A stretch of 64,000 bases of DNA from the human T2T-CHM13v2.0 reference genome, Homo sapiens, in NCBI RefSeq assembly GCF_009914755.1, contig NC_060938.1; one strand, written 5' to 3'. Of this stretch, positions 1 to 15,089 are shown one piece after another. Below the pieces are notes generated by a model. The model saw nothing but the letters and a program-made list of their open reading frames with translations, had not been told where the DNA came from and did not search any database. Both the position numbers and the translations under genes were made by a program. Each line of letters opens with the position of its first letter. Position 1 is the stretch's first letter.

Positions 1-110
1 AAGGGAATCGCTTGAACCCCAGAGGCAGAGGTTGCAGTGAGCTGAGATCACGCCACTGCACTCCAGCCTGGTTGACAGAGCTAGACTCTGTCTCAAAAAA
101 AAAAAAAAAA
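1..110 (+). mobile_element. Alu right arm (cut by window edge)
   Basis: GAATCGCTTGAACCC...CACTCCAGCCTGG...poly(A). Confidence 0.95.
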
Positions 111-160
111 TACATATATATATATATACACACACACACAGACACACACACATATACATA
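111..160. repeat. (TA)n(CA)n microsatellite in Alu tail
   Basis: Direct reading. Confidence 0.9.
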
Positions 161-969
161 TAATTGTTTTTGAAGATTGAGAGGTGTACCCAAGTCCACC
201 AGCTAACAAGGACACACAGTGGGAACTGGAACATGAGTCAGGGGTTTTTCCACAAAAACCAAGATTCATTCTGCACAGCTCATCGTGCGGGGAGGGCAGG
301 GAAGAGCCTCTTTCCCACTGGCATTGGTTGACCCATTGTAAGCACCATCCCACAATGCTCCATACACCAATGGCCAAAGTTCCAACTGAGAGATTTTCTA
401 TCCTCTTCCCAAGTCCATGTAAACCTCTTAGGCCTCTGAAAAGAGATGTCAGTGTTTTCAGAGCTAAAAGCCTTCACGGTGAGCAGACTGAGAGGCTTTT
501 CTTACAGGGGAGGCTAATCCCATGGCCACAAAGTTCCTGCCTCCTAGCATCTCTGGAGCTCTCAGGGAGAAAACAAATAAATGAACAGCTGTAGAGAGAG
601 GGTCTAGCAAGACACTGGCCCCCACCAGTGCCCGTGGGAGGTTGGGGTTTCCCCACCGGGGACAGGAGGGGGTAGGAAAATGTCCACTGTGCTAAGCCAC
701 TGAGTGCAAGTTCAGACAGGACAGTGCCGGCAAGTGTTAGGGCTGGTGGCCTCAGCCTCTGGCCAGGCGCTGGCCACTCGGAGGTGAATGAACTCATTCC
801 ACCCCCTCACCGCTCTCAGCTGCTTCTGAAGAGCAGGGCGACCAAAATGATTCGGCCCCCCTGGGGTTCTCACTGCCCTTTCCTGCCAGCCCTTTCCAAA
901 TGCCCTTCTGAATCTGCTGAGGGCACACAGGGCCCCACTCCAACCTGTTGGACAAGAAGTCTGGGCCCC

Positions 970-1150
970 TGGTTTTACTCTCAGATCTGCTACCACGTGG
1001 CTGTGTGACTTTGGCCAAGTTGCTTAACCTTTCTGAGCCTTTATTTCCTCAGTGAAGCAGAGCCACAAACACCTGCCTGCTGACCTCACGAGGCTATTTA
1101 TTATTTGGGTTCAGTGAGATGAACAGACGTGACAATGCTCTAGCGTGTAC
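970..1150 (+). mobile_element. MIR SINE
   Basis: GCTGTGTGACTTTGGCCAAGTTGCTTAACCTTTCTGAGCCT MIR core. Confidence 0.75.
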
Positions 1151-2706
1151 AGCACTCTTCCACACACGAAGAGTCAGGATTGCAAAAGCTCACCGGAGTA
1201 TGCGACGCCCTGTGCTGCCCATGGGCCCTGCTGATGCAGCATCCCAGTGGCTGAGTGCCCATACCCAGGCCTGGGTGCCGGGCCTGCTGCTTTATTATGC
1301 TGTGGACTTGGCACTGCCAGGTGTATTATCTGCTCTTTGTCACACACCTGTCCCTCAGAGGCCTGAAAGACGCAGGCACCTTTTGGCTTGGGCATGGCTA
1401 TGCCTCAGGAGGTACTGGGGGCACGGTGCCAGCCTGTGGCTGGCACCTCCAATCCCAGGCCTTGGCACAGAGAAGCCTGCATCTGCCCTAAGCTGCTTAT
1501 CACAGCAGCAAGGGAGCCAGGCGCCCCCTCCTGCTCCAGTGGGAAGGAAGGGCCCTTGTTTATCCGCTTCCTCAACCTCCTGGCCTGGTGTCTACTCTCA
1601 GAAGAAAATGACCTCTTTTGGCGTGAGGAACACAGTCCAGAATTCTTGGAACAATTAGCAGAACAAGCTTTGGAGGAGAGACTTAGAAAGAATCCAGGGT
1701 CAAACTCTTTAACACTGATGCCTTCCTATTTACCGATGATTTAGATACAATTAAAGTAAAGGAGACCTAATAGCCTCCAAACTCAATGGCCAGGAGCCTG
1801 CCAGCCAGAACTCCAAGGGTGAATGAAACAAGGAAATGGGCCCTGCAAAGCCTGAGGTCTCCAGACAAAGACCTCATTCTGCGTCTGCAGCACTGCCTCC
1901 AACTCCAACCTGGGCCAAGCAGCTGCCAGGGGCTGGAGGCCTGGGCCGGGAGCTGGAATTTGAGGGGGAAGTCGGGGGCCAAAGCAGGATTTGCGCTAAT
2001 TCCTTGGGTCTTAAGTCCCCCATTCACTTCCTGAGCAGAAGAAACCTTCAGATGGAAACCACAATAGGCATGCAACTTGTTTTTCTTGCTTATCAGTATT
2101 TCAAATGATCATGTGAAAACCACAAAATGCCTTTGTTTCAGTCTGGTTTTGTGGGGGCACGCTGAGTAGCAGGGGATGTTACCACCACCACCAGACCCTT
2201 TGCTGAGGAACAGGCCATCCTGGCACAGGTTGGAGGGAAAAGTATAGCAAGAGACCTCAGAATCGCCCACGACACCCCTGCCTAGCGTGGATGTGTTTAT
2301 TTTATGATTCTTGGAGGGCCAGGGACCCTGACCAACCCTCTTCAGGCCTCAGGAACTGAACTTAGGCTACAGGACATGGAACCAAATTTCTGATTAGGCA
2401 AGAAAGCCAGCAAGGCTACTTCTGGATAGCAGACACAGAAAAGAAGCGAATCCATGAAACTGTACACTCCCAGCCAGTGGAGGATTGGGGTCCTACCCTC
2501 AGCCATATTCAGAGCACTTTTTGAGATGCTTCGCATAGCAAGGTTCAGGTCTCACGTTTCTGTAGTAATGGGGATGGGCGGGCAGTGGCAAGGAATGGGA
2601 ATATACTGTAGCAGCAGTATTTCCCACAAACATAAGCTGCCAGGTGCTGAAGAAGGCTGCAGCTAGTGTCTCACATCATGTCCAAGTTATCATGCACGTC
2701 ACATAC

Positions 2707-2823
2707 CTTGGCAAGACCTTCCATCCTCATTGAGGGTAAAACCAGGGTTGCATGTACAAGAATAGGATCCAGGAACATTCGCACAGAGCTGCTGGCAGTA
2801 ACCATAGCGACATTCATCAATGT
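2707..2823 (-). CDS. FBLN5: FBLN5 exon 6, calcium-binding EGF module
   Basis: TTTCTGTTTCCAG| acceptor, AAG|GTATGT donor, 117 nt, [39 protein letters not shown]. Confidence 0.98.
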
Positions 2824-5602
2824 CTGGAAACAGAAATGCAAGCAAAGTGAGACAGGTCTCCTCACTCAATGATGCCCCCACTAGCATGGCATGATTGCCT
2901 TGCTCTTCCCAAACAGGATCATGAACGGAAGCAAATGGGAACAGGAGCCAAGACAGTGCCTACTGAGTGTCACGGATGGTGATGCTGTCTCGAATACAAG
3001 GCTCAATCTCCCCACAATCTTTCCCCTCCTCGACCCATCTCAGTCCCATAAATACCTGAACCTATCCTAAAAGTTGCAGAAGAAATTTCTGCTTCGATTG
3101 GGATGTTGGGCAAAATGAGCTCTCCAATTTTACCCAGCTCTAAGATTCAACACTAAGGTTTATCCAAGATGGACTCTCCAATTTTTCCCAGCTCTAAGAT
3201 TTGAGATTACCCAGCTCTTAAGATTTATCCAATGTTAAGATTCAACTCAAAGATTCCATATAGAGGCTCCACTGCCCAGGATTCTTCTTAACACGTAAGA
3301 AGAATCCATAGCATCACTCCAATAGGCTCCTTGCCAGCTCCATGAACAATGAATATGTCCAGCTGTCAGGAACAAGAGCCAGTTAGGCTGGGATGAGCTG
3401 GGCAGCATGACCCTGGAGACCCATGAATCCAGTAACATGAGGGCACTGGAATTCACCCTGAATCTCCTCCTTGCACCAGAGTGAACATAAAACTCTGGAT
3501 AAACACATCTCTTCCAAGCCACAGCTGGCCTTGCCAGGGAAAGCGGCGGCACTGTGGGTGAATGGATCCTTTGAGCAGAGCTGGGCAATGTGACCTCCCT
3601 GTAATATGTATCCATCAATGGGGAGCCTGATGTCATTGGGAAAGCACTTCTCAACACCCCAAGCTGATGTGATAATGGGCTGGAGAATTCATTCCTGTGG
3701 GGTAAGGGTAGTGAATGAAATCACCGGCCTCCTGGCAGAGTCTGAGATGGCACCAATACAGGCTCCTGCTGTGACCAGTTGATCTGACTGTAGCTGGAAC
3801 TGGTCCTTATCCCCACCTCCCCCAATCTAACCAGGTTTCCTCCCTGGTCCCCCTGTTCCTTTGGAACCAGGGGCCATCCAGGACTCTGGAAGCCGGCTTA
3901 GAGCCTCAGTCCTTGTGCCTGGTTTCTACCTACTGCCAGGAAGGACTCCACCTCCCAGATCCATCTTGATCCCTTACCTATTGTTCAGCCCTTCTCAGAT
4001 TCTGTGCCCTGTCCTGTGATTCTGTTTTGTCTCTAAGTCCCGGCTACTTCTAACCTGGCCACTGCACTGCCCCTGAGTGCAGAGCAGCTCTTGCATAGAG
4101 GGCCCATTGGCTGTACAGTGGCTGGCCCTGACTTCTTCCCAGAGTGCAGTTGGGCACATCACCAAGGCCAGGCAGGCAGCAGGGGCTGGAGAGGGTACCC
4201 TTCACTACGGGTACCTTGGAAAAAAGGCAGCCCCCCTGACCCCTCATTTTTCTGCAAAAGCAGCATCTTCAGTGGTACACAGAACAGACAGTGTGTGGCT
4301 ATGGAACTTGCATTTTGAAAGGGAAAGGTGAGTTTAGCCAGGGGAGGGCAGGAGTTCAGCCATAATTAGGCGACGTCTTCCTTTCAGATGTGAATATGAG
4401 TGGCTGGGCCACATGGTACCATGCTAGGCATCCATGAGCATCCTTTCCACAGCTCCACGCTCCCAGGAAGAGAACAACCCTCCCAGGTAGAGGAATGTCC
4501 GAGTTGCTGGCACCCCTCACATCAGAGGGTTTCTGTAACAGGGCTGGTATAGCCCGGTCTCCCCCTACCACTCCAGCGCCCCTTGTGGTGGGAAAAAAAA
4601 ACTAGACTGAGACACGGGAGACTTGGAAGTTAGACCCAACTCACTTTGTCTAAAATGTTCTTTCTCTATGAGTCTCAGTCTGCGATGCTATAAAAGTTGG
4701 ATGACATAATATTCAACATCCTTTCCAGCTCTGAAATTCGACATATTAAGTTCCTGTACAAATAACTCTCTGTCACTGATCTGCTTATGTTCAAATAAGT
4801 AGCATCAAATTTTCCATTATAGCAGAGGTTGGTTTGAATGCACAGTGACTGTCATATTCACAGACGCCCATGTGCAAGCCTGGAAAGGAGAATCAAGCCA
4901 ATCTAGGCCTCAAGGATGCTTCGGACGGGGCTTGAGGGCAGACCTACTCAGCCTCAATCAAGAAACTTAGAAAGAGGTAGCTTTTCTTTGTTTCCATGAT
5001 TTCGTTTGGATCTGTTTCTCAACTCCTCCAGGACTGACTTTCAGGCAACAGAATGGTGTCTTAGAGAATTTAAACTGGCAGGGCCTTTTCTAGAAAACAC
5101 AGCATAGAAATCACACCCTAGAATTAGAAATTGAAGTGACAGCTAGAGTTTGCTGTGAATTCACTCACTTGGCTAAACCCAAAACTAGAGGGGAAGAAAG
5201 GAAAATAACCTTCCAGTAAAATAAACAGAAAGATCAGAGAGCAGATGCTAACTGCAAAGGCAGTTCTCAATTGGTGATGACTGACTCCTCAGGAGTAAAA
5301 TGGAAGGCCATAGCCGGTGGGGTGGGTGTGGTGGTTGGTGGCGGGGAAGGGCAAAGACAGGGTGTTGAAAGGAACTGATGTAAGATCAGGATCTACTGAT
5401 CCACATTCAAGACTTGCCACATTTCTGTGACTAAGCGAAAGTGTTCCCTTCTCTTAGCATTATTTCTAACTAAAGCAAAATCATCCTCACCTCTGTCACT
5501 TCCTGGCCTGGATATAAACTTCGTGAAGACAGGAAGAAAGTCAAGGTAAAATCAAACTTAAAAAATACATCCAAAACCATAGCCCTTAAAAAATATATTT
5601 GA

Positions 5603-6221
<619 letters not shown>

Positions 6222-6437
6222 ACATTCAAAAACTATAATGATGACAAGATGGCGATGATGGCAATTGATTTTCAAGGGTGGTTACACATGTGAGTTCAAT
6301 AGCCTTCCACCCCTCCCGCCCTCCCTAGCAAAGAAAAGCTTACTACCCTCAGGCAGCCAGCTATGCCCATACCTCAAAATGCCCCTGGCAACCGTTAACT
6401 TCCAAGAGTCCCTGTGACCCCCCCAGAGAGCTGTTAC

Positions 6438-6560
6438 CTAAGCACTGGCCTTCCAGAAGCCAATATCCGTCGGTGCAGGAGCAGGTGTACCCGCCTTCAG
6501 TATTGATGCAGATCTGGGTGGGGTTGCACTGGTGGGAATCTGTTGCACACTCGTCCACAT
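6438..6560 (-). CDS. FBLN5: FBLN5 exon 5, calcium-binding EGF module
   Basis: TATTACAG| acceptor, TAG|GTAACA donor, 123 nt, DVDECATDSHQCNPTQICINTEGGYTCSCTDGYWLLEGQCL. Confidence 0.98.
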   Translation of the reverse strand: MWTSVQQIPTSATPPRSASILKAGTPAPAPTDIGFWKASA

Positions 6561-7004
6561 CTGTAATACAGACATAGTCCAAAGAATGTCACTCACATCC
6601 ATCTAGAGCCCTGGAGCCACCAGGGGTGCCAGTGGCTCATCTTGGCTGGGAGGCAGTTAATAAGGTCACTAGGTTACACCCAAGGAGGTGGCAGTGCTTC
6701 CCCGATGGGCACCTCTAGGAGACACTGACCTCTACTGAAGGCTGAGCTAGTCTGCTCACCAGAAATCCACAAAGGGAAATGGCCAAGAAGGGAACCCTTA
6801 TCCTCAGGAATCCTTCTGCCATCCTATGCCATTGCTCTTTGAAGGTGCATTACCTTGACAATAACCATTACTTGATTTAGAAAGCCATTTTGTATTAGGC
6901 TTGTTCATTCATATGTTAAACAGGGGTCTGCTGCGTACCTACTGTGTGCACAGGACTATGATAAACACCACTGAGAACAAAACAGAAGTAAAGGAAATGT
7001 CCCC

Positions 7005-7417
<413 letters not shown>

Positions 7418-7979
7418 CTAATCTCTGTCTGTCCTCTGCTCACAGCAAGTCTCTCTATGCTGCTCTAGAGCCCACTGCCATCTGTCTGGTGGCATGAAGA
7501 TACTTGCATCCACCTCGGTCCCTTCTTAACTTAGAGCTTCAGAGCACAGATATCGAGCCATATTCATGGCCATTCCCAAGCCATCTGGTGTGGACAGTCA
7601 GTGCTCAAAACTGTTTGTTGAAACTGAAACATCCTCCTCCCCTTTCTCCCCTGCACTGCACTTTAGGGGAGAGCGCCCAAGATCCTGAAATGGACCTCCC
7701 GATGCCACACTCTCACTTTGACCTAAAGGAAGAGACTTTTCATTAAATATTCACACATTAATTTACTCCACAAGGATCCACGGTGCCTCCTGGATCTGCC
7801 TGGTCCAGAGGACCCCAAAACCTTTTCTCCTTGTCAGCCCTGCCTTCACCTGCACCTTGGTGGGTCACCTTCCCTCCCCTCTTCATTCCTGCATCAGGGT
7901 TTGCTCATCTACACCTTTTCTCCACCTTCACCGAATGGACCATGGTGCAGTCGGAAGTAATACTGAAAGCTGCAATTCA

Positions 7980-8160
7980 CTGAGCCTGTGTTATGTGCCT
8001 GACACCTACCTTGTTACTTGTATTTACTCTCACATCACCCTGTGAGGTGGGCTCACAATCCCCATTTTACAGATGGGAAAACTGAGTGGAAAGAGCTAGT
8101 AAGCACCAAGCCAAGAGCTGAGTCCAGGCCTCCCTGCCTGCCTGACTCTAAGTCTACTCC
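7980..8160 (-). mobile_element. MIR SINE
   Basis: CCCATTTTACAGATGGGAAAACTGAG core. Confidence 0.7.
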
Positions 8161-9253
8161 GTGCAGGTCTAACAGAGGTCATGCCACCCAGGACCAAGCA
8201 GATTCAGGGGGGAGCTGGCAGACTGGGCTGAGGGAGGGCTGAGCTTTTGTTGCTTTTTACTGACCCCACTCCCACGCTGTCTGCCTCCTGACACTGCAGA
8301 TTGCAGACTTGATCATCATCCATTCAGTTGGCTTCTTTGAATACGTACGGTGGGGATGGGGGTGTCTAAGACCCAAAAGTGCAAGCTCCTTGAGGGCAAG
8401 GGCCTTGTGTAGCATAGGGCTTTGTGAGCTTCAGTAAAACGTTCAACTGGGTGAGCAGTGGTCCCTCGGCTTCAGGTGATATGGCTACAAATCCACCATC
8501 CACCTGCAACAGCCCAACACTAACAACGCTGATCAGTCCCCACCCTACCCCAAAATGACAGCTGTCTGGGAATCCTATGGAAGTGGCTTTCCCTCCTCTA
8601 AACATGAACGACCTCCAAGAACCTAGTGCCAAGATGACGGCAGCCTCCACTCCACCCTGATGTTAAGCATGTGCAGCCTCAGTGGCAAAGACCCAGCCCT
8701 GTTCTCAGCTGCAAGGACTCCAGCCTCCCCTTTGCCTCCCTTCCATGCAGCTCTGCCCACCGAGCACAGCCTCCCAGGGGAGCTGGTGAATAATGCTTGG
8801 CCAGAAGCTGCTCCTGCTCAAATCCACAGTGAAGTCTATGACAATAAATAGTGCCACTATCGGCTGGTGCGTATTTACATTTTCCCAGCAGGGAGTGATG
8901 GATGGCAATTGTGTGCTGGGAACAACACTGCCTTAGGAATTTCTGTTCTTTTTCCTGCCTTGAGGGGAATGAAGGGTGAGGGTGACCAACACAGGAGAAG
9001 AATCACTGGAGAGGCTTGGTGGCAGCAAGTTCCCAAGCCTCTGTGCTTGCGTAATTTGCATCCCACACAACTGTGCCTGCCAAGTCCTACAGAGAGAAAC
9101 CAGACGCATGCCAGCAGGCCAGGCTGGACTCAGAAGGGCACAAAGGGCCCCATCGTGGGCATGTGTGCGAAGTATTCAGGCCGAAGATCAAAATCCTTGA
9201 AGTTCACTCTTTTAAAAACTCCAGCACTTTTACTGAACTAAAGAATTAACTCA

Positions 9254-9547
9254 GCCAGGCGCAGTGGCTCATGCCTGTAATCCCAGCACGTTGGGAGGCC
9301 AAGGTGGGTAAGATTGCTTGAGTCCAGGAGTTTGAGACCAGCCTGGGCAACATGGCAAAACCCTGTTTCTACTAAAAATACAAAAAATTAATCGGGTGTG
9401 GTGGCGCACACCTGTAGTCCCAGCTACTCAGGAAGCTGAGGTGGGAGGATCACCTGAGCCCAGGAAGTTGAGCCTATGGTGAGCCAAGACTGCACCACTG
9501 ACCTCTAGCCTAGGCAACACAGCAAGACCCCATCTCAAAAAATAAAA
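9254..9547 (+). mobile_element. AluJ-like with TSD AAAGAATTAACTCAG
   Basis: Full dimer; TSD on both sides. Confidence 0.95.
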
Positions 9548-10037
9548 GAATTAACTCAGTTATACGACACTTTTGTATTTGTTTTGTTTAAAATACAGAT
9601 TTTAAAATTAAAATTTTAACTTTCACTAACTTGTTTAATGAATTGTCAATAGAAACTATATTTTGAGACGTCAATAAGTCCCTGAAGTTTTTTTTGGCGG
9701 GGGGGGCGGAATCTCTCACCTTTATAGCCTGAAAACACACCTGGTGTAATGCTGTGTCCCTGGTAATGTTCAAGAACTATTGAATGAATGAACACATGAA
9801 CGGCAAACATCAATCCCTCGCAGCCCCCAGAAAGGTTTTTCCAGCCAACTAGCTGACAAGCCCATTTGGGTGTGTGTACTTTAAAAACAGCCACCACCAC
9901 GCCAACCACTGTCAGCTTACACACCTGATGGAGCTAAAACTGGAAGTGTTCACACGGTGGGCTTCCTCGGGGGGAGGCTGAAAGACTCATCACACATTCC
10001 AGCTCACAGCGGAACTTCTTACATTAAATACATTTGA

Positions 10038-10587
<550 letters not shown>

Positions 10588-10625
10588 CCCCATTCATTCA
10601 TTCTTTATGCTCTACAGCGGCTGTG

Positions 10626-10652
10626 TGTTCGTGTGTGTGTGTGTGTGTGTGT
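10626..10652. repeat. (GT)n microsatellite
   Basis: Direct reading. Confidence 0.9.
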
Positions 10653-13600
10653 CCTCCCCAGCCTCCATGACCTTTGGAAGAGCTGGCATCAAGCATATTC
10701 CCTCCCGCTGTATGGTACCCAGAAGCAGACTTTACTGGGAGTTCTCTCATCTCCCTGCTCCCTCCTGGCTGCTGTCACACCAGTCGGGTGCCTGGGCACT
10801 TGGAGGATTCTGCCACAGCAACCATAGCTTGGCTCCCCACAGGTGAGGCAGTGACTATCTGCTGCCCAGATGACCAGCACCCTGGCAACTGGAGGAAAGC
10901 GCTCACCAGCTCTCCCAGAACCTGGAAAAGCCCAGCACTGCCCCTGCCAGGAAGAAGTCGTCATCTGCATCAAGCAGCACAGCTCTGGTGACCTTGCAGT
11001 CTCACCTGCACTGGCACCTCTCCCTTGAGACATCCACAGAGTGGCCTTCTCAATCTGAAACAACTGCTCACTTAGGAAAGTCATCAAAACCCATCAATAT
11101 CACCTCCTCGATGCCTTCCAAGGAGGCCATAGACAGAAAGGGCTTTCAGGCCCCAGGACAGTGGCCTACATATTTGGGAAACTCTTTTAGGATTTCATAC
11201 CCTTAGCTATGTCTCACATTCCCCAGCCAGACAGTAAGCTTTACGTGGGCAGATATGCAAAGACAAGGGGAATAAAGGGATGTCCCTCAGGCTGGTGTGT
11301 TTTAAAGGAGTAAAAGAATGTCCTTCAAGTACAGAAAAGATCTTACAAAGGCACCAGATGAAGAAACTGGCCTCAACACATCAAAATACAACTGTCCAAC
11401 AATCTCGGGGACAACAAAATGAACAGAACCTTCCATTGTGACTCACGGACAGCACAGGAAAGGGCCACAGCCCACACATCTGCTGACCGTTCCAGTCCTT
11501 GGAGCAGGACTCTGCAGAGGAAGCCAGTGGTGATTGGCACTCCTCTCCTTCACTGTATGGAGTTCTCAGACAGCTTCGTGGGTATTACATTGTTGATTTA
11601 TGCCCATTTTATGTCCTCCCCTTGGGAGTGGGCTGGTTCTCAGAAAACATCACACAACCCACTTTTCTATCCCATATAAAAGTAATGGTTCCAAGTATGA
11701 TCTTAGTATTAACTCACAGATTATTAAATAAAATCTCTATAGGCAGTTATAACAGACTTAATATATCACATTAAATATGCATAAATATGTTCAAATATAA
11801 ATAACATGCATATGTATGATAGCTATGTGTTATATTTGAATGCACATATTATATACATATATGTATTTACAGTTCAGCATTTATTCCTGAAAGTTGAAAA
11901 TACTTTGTTTTCATAACACAAATTCTAACAGAAATAAAATGTCCTTTAAAAACTGTACAAAACAAAACAAAACACTAATGGTTCCCCATGCCCATAGGGA
12001 GAACATTTTCTAGGTCATTCTCCAAGCACCAAAGTTTAAAAGAAAAATACACCAAAGGGCTGAGAACTCCCCAGAAAAGACTAGCAGGTTAAAGAATAAG
12101 AACTTTGGGAGCAGACAGAGCTGGGTGTGAATCCAGGCTCCCACATTTGGTAACTAAATAAGGCAGGGCAATTTACTGGATCCTTGGGTGTTCTGCAACA
12201 GGGCTGATGTAGCCTGCCTCGTAGGTAGATGTGAGAGTTCATGAATTAACAGGAGCACAGGTGCCAGCCTGACTGCCTGGCACATAGCTCCCTTCCCCGG
12301 GGAGGTGCTGTTTCTGACAGCTGTGGAAGATAGAAGAAGGTTGGTCTCTGCCTCCTGCAGATGCTGTTCTAGAATTCACTAAAGACACCAGGATGACAGC
12401 CCAGGGGTTTCATGGGCTATAAGCATGGTTAGTTCTGTGATTCAACTACAGCCAAAGCCAGGGACTTCTCCCCCTTGAGCCCCAGGCATATGGCGGGAGA
12501 TCTGGACAAGAGGTAAGGAAAGCCAGGGTACATTCCTTCATGGAGTCTCCATCTCCACCTCTGCACCCAGGCATCTCTGGGCCCATCTATGATTCTATAA
12601 TTGTAGGCATCCAAAAGCATAAAGGTACGTGTGCCTAATGGCCATGTATGATCAACCTTTTCACAATCTGATTCTTGCCTCTTCCCATGCCTTCTTTGCT
12701 CCAATACTGTGAACAGGCAAGGTCTGACTTTGTGAGCCTGTGTACCTAACGTCGGCTGAATATCTCAGTTCTTGTGTGAGAACGGCCATCAGCCAAAGGG
12801 AAACATTCTCACTGGGTGACACTGGGAGAAGCTTTCCAAGAGCCCTTGGAAGACACACCTTTCCAAGGCCTCCACTCTTCCTTTTTTGGATATGGCAAAA
12901 ATCATTTCCTTGGTAGTAAATTTTTACCCAGTGAAATAACATGTTTTCCCAGCCCATTTTTGTTCCTTCCTTGCTCAAGCTAATGGGGCTTGATAAGAAA
13001 GAAGAAAACAACAATGGCACATTCCTACACCTCCAAGTGAAGCCAGTTTCAGGCCTGCTGCTGGGCTGGGTCGGTGCCATTTTTCAGCAAGACGAGCCCA
13101 GCCAAGGCTGGAAGCTACACAGGACCTACTTCCCAAACACCTGTTTAATTAAAGATCTCAGCGTTGGAGAACTCGCTGTCGAATTCCTAGGGCATCTGCA
13201 CTCCATGTGTCTTACGGTCCTGGCCAATCTCTAGGAGCCAGATCTTTCTGTGTTTACAGCACTTTCCCCAGCACTTGAGATTAAGCATGGAATACAAAGT
13301 TTGTTCATTTTGCGCCTCTGATTAGGCAACAAATATGTGATCCATTTTCCAAACAACAAAATATCCTTCCCTCTTGAATGAAACCAGCTGGAATCCAGGT
13401 CCCAACCTCTCCATGGATTCTCTTTCTCTATCCCTAAAGCGAGAGCTGGAGGAGAGTTCTGAAAGGCCCCTTCAAGCTATGATCTTCTACAGAGACAAAC
13501 TATGCAACTAATGGAGATCACATTGTTTGGTTCTTGGGTAATTACTTTCATCCCCAGAGCACTTGGTAAACATCAGCTGACTTTAGTTGCTTTCAAACTG

Positions 13601-14064
13601 GGCAGTGAATTGGCCAAGCCCATTCAACTTTTGCCAGTGTATGGTCCCTGCCACGGGGCCAGGGGAAACACATGTCCTCTTGAGCATCATGCATCAAGAT
13701 GTCCTGAGAGGAAGGGGACAAGTCATGTCTAATGTCAATCTAGACATGGGTTTTTTTGTTTGTTTGTTTTTGTTTTTTTTTTTTTTTCAAAAAGCCATGA
13801 GGCTTTGGCCATTATCATGAATGTAAAGCAAACAGACGTGGAGTTCAAACTAGATTTCCATTTACTAAAATTTTTGCCATTTGTCTATCGACAGAAATTT
13901 TGGAATCTTTAGAAGCCAGTAGTTTCCAAACCTGGTTACCCAAGAGAATTGCCTGACTAAATCAGAATTTCCAGGGCTGAGGCTTGGAAAGCTGTGTTAT
14001 TTTAATGACACATTTTACCTAAATGAATCCAATGCAAAACTGTATCTAAAATCCACTGTGCCAA

Positions 14065-14220
14065 ATCAATACTTCTCAAACTTTAATATGCGTATGACTC
14101 AGTGGAGATCTTGTTAAAATGTAGATTCTAATTCATTGGGTTCTACAATCCTAACTAGCTCCCACATGAGGCCAATGCTGCTGGCTTAGGGACCACACTT
14201 TGAGTAACAAGGTGCTAGAC
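14065..14220. mobile_element. MER5-type hAT-Charlie remnant
   Basis: TTCTCAAACTT...CTTGTTAAAATGTAGATTCT...GGACCACACTTTGAGTA. Confidence 0.7.
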
Positions 14221-14276
14221 TGTTCCAAGTGGGATTTGGTTCTGTATCCATGCAGCCTGCTCAGAGTTTCAGAAAC

Positions 14277-14302
14277 TATTAGGTTGGTGCATAAGTAACT
14301 GC
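14277..14302 (+). mobile_element. Solo Hsmar1/MADE1 terminal inverted repeat, degenerate
   Basis: TATTAGGTTGGTGCATAAGTAACTGC vs consensus TTAGGTTGGTGCAAAAGTAATTGC. Confidence 0.7.
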
Positions 14303-14353
14303 AATATTTAAGAGAGTCTAAGAGGGAATTTAAGTTTTCAAAAATCAAGCAGC

Positions 14354-14596
14354 ATGTTCACTTATAAGTGGGAACTGAGCATGAAGATGGCCACAATAGA
14401 CATTGGGGACTACTAGAGGAGGAAGGGAGGGAGGCATGGGTCAAAAAACTAACTACTGGGAACTATGCTCAGTACCTGGGTAATGGGATCCATCATACCT
14501 CAAACCTCAGCATCACACAAAATACCTAGGCAACAAACCTGCACATGTACCCCTGTATCTCAAATAAAAGTTGAAACTATTTTTTTTTAATGGGGA
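14354..14596 (+). mobile_element. 5'-truncated old primate L1 (L1PA/L1PB) 3' end
   Basis: CACTTATAAGTGGGA...AACAAACCTGCACATGTACCCC...AATAAAA; TSD AAAAATCAAGCAGC. Confidence 0.88.
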
Positions 14597-15089
14597 AAAA
14601 AATCAAGCAGCGATTCTTAACTGGATTCTTCTCTCTCTAAGATAAAGCCTGCTGGTTATAACAGAGTTGTTATTTTTGGAGTCTTATTAAAGACTCTAGC
14701 ACAGTCTAGCCAAAACAGAATGCTTTTCTGGTGTATGGACAGAGCCTTTCTTTAACTCCACCCTGTAGTAGTTGGGTGCCTATGGCTGCAATGCCTTGGC
14801 CAGGGCATTGTGTGCTTCCAGAAGGTTCTCCTCCCTTGATCACTGGTGGGGTTTTGATTTCCTATGAACTCAATTCCCTGACTACCCATAAAGAGATAAC
14901 AAAAAGTACAAAAGATCCCAGTGAGGAGAAAGGACAACATACTTCCTCCAACACAGAGCATCCCTTTTTTAACTGAGTACTCATGAACATAGTTTCTACA
15001 TGCTGTGGATCCTGACTCCTGTAATCTCCCCATCTCCCCGAGGGCTCCTTCTTCTCATTCCCTCTGAGCCTATTCCTCACCCATCCTGA

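Noticed and set aside
1119-1658. 179-aa ORF and neighbours in intron 6
   Set aside because: Antisense to FBLN5, starts in a MIR, no motif; consistent with chance.
3120-3256. Repeat-spacer appearance reminiscent of CRISPR
   Set aside because: Irregular units, spacers are themselves repeats, eukaryotic intron, no cas genes.
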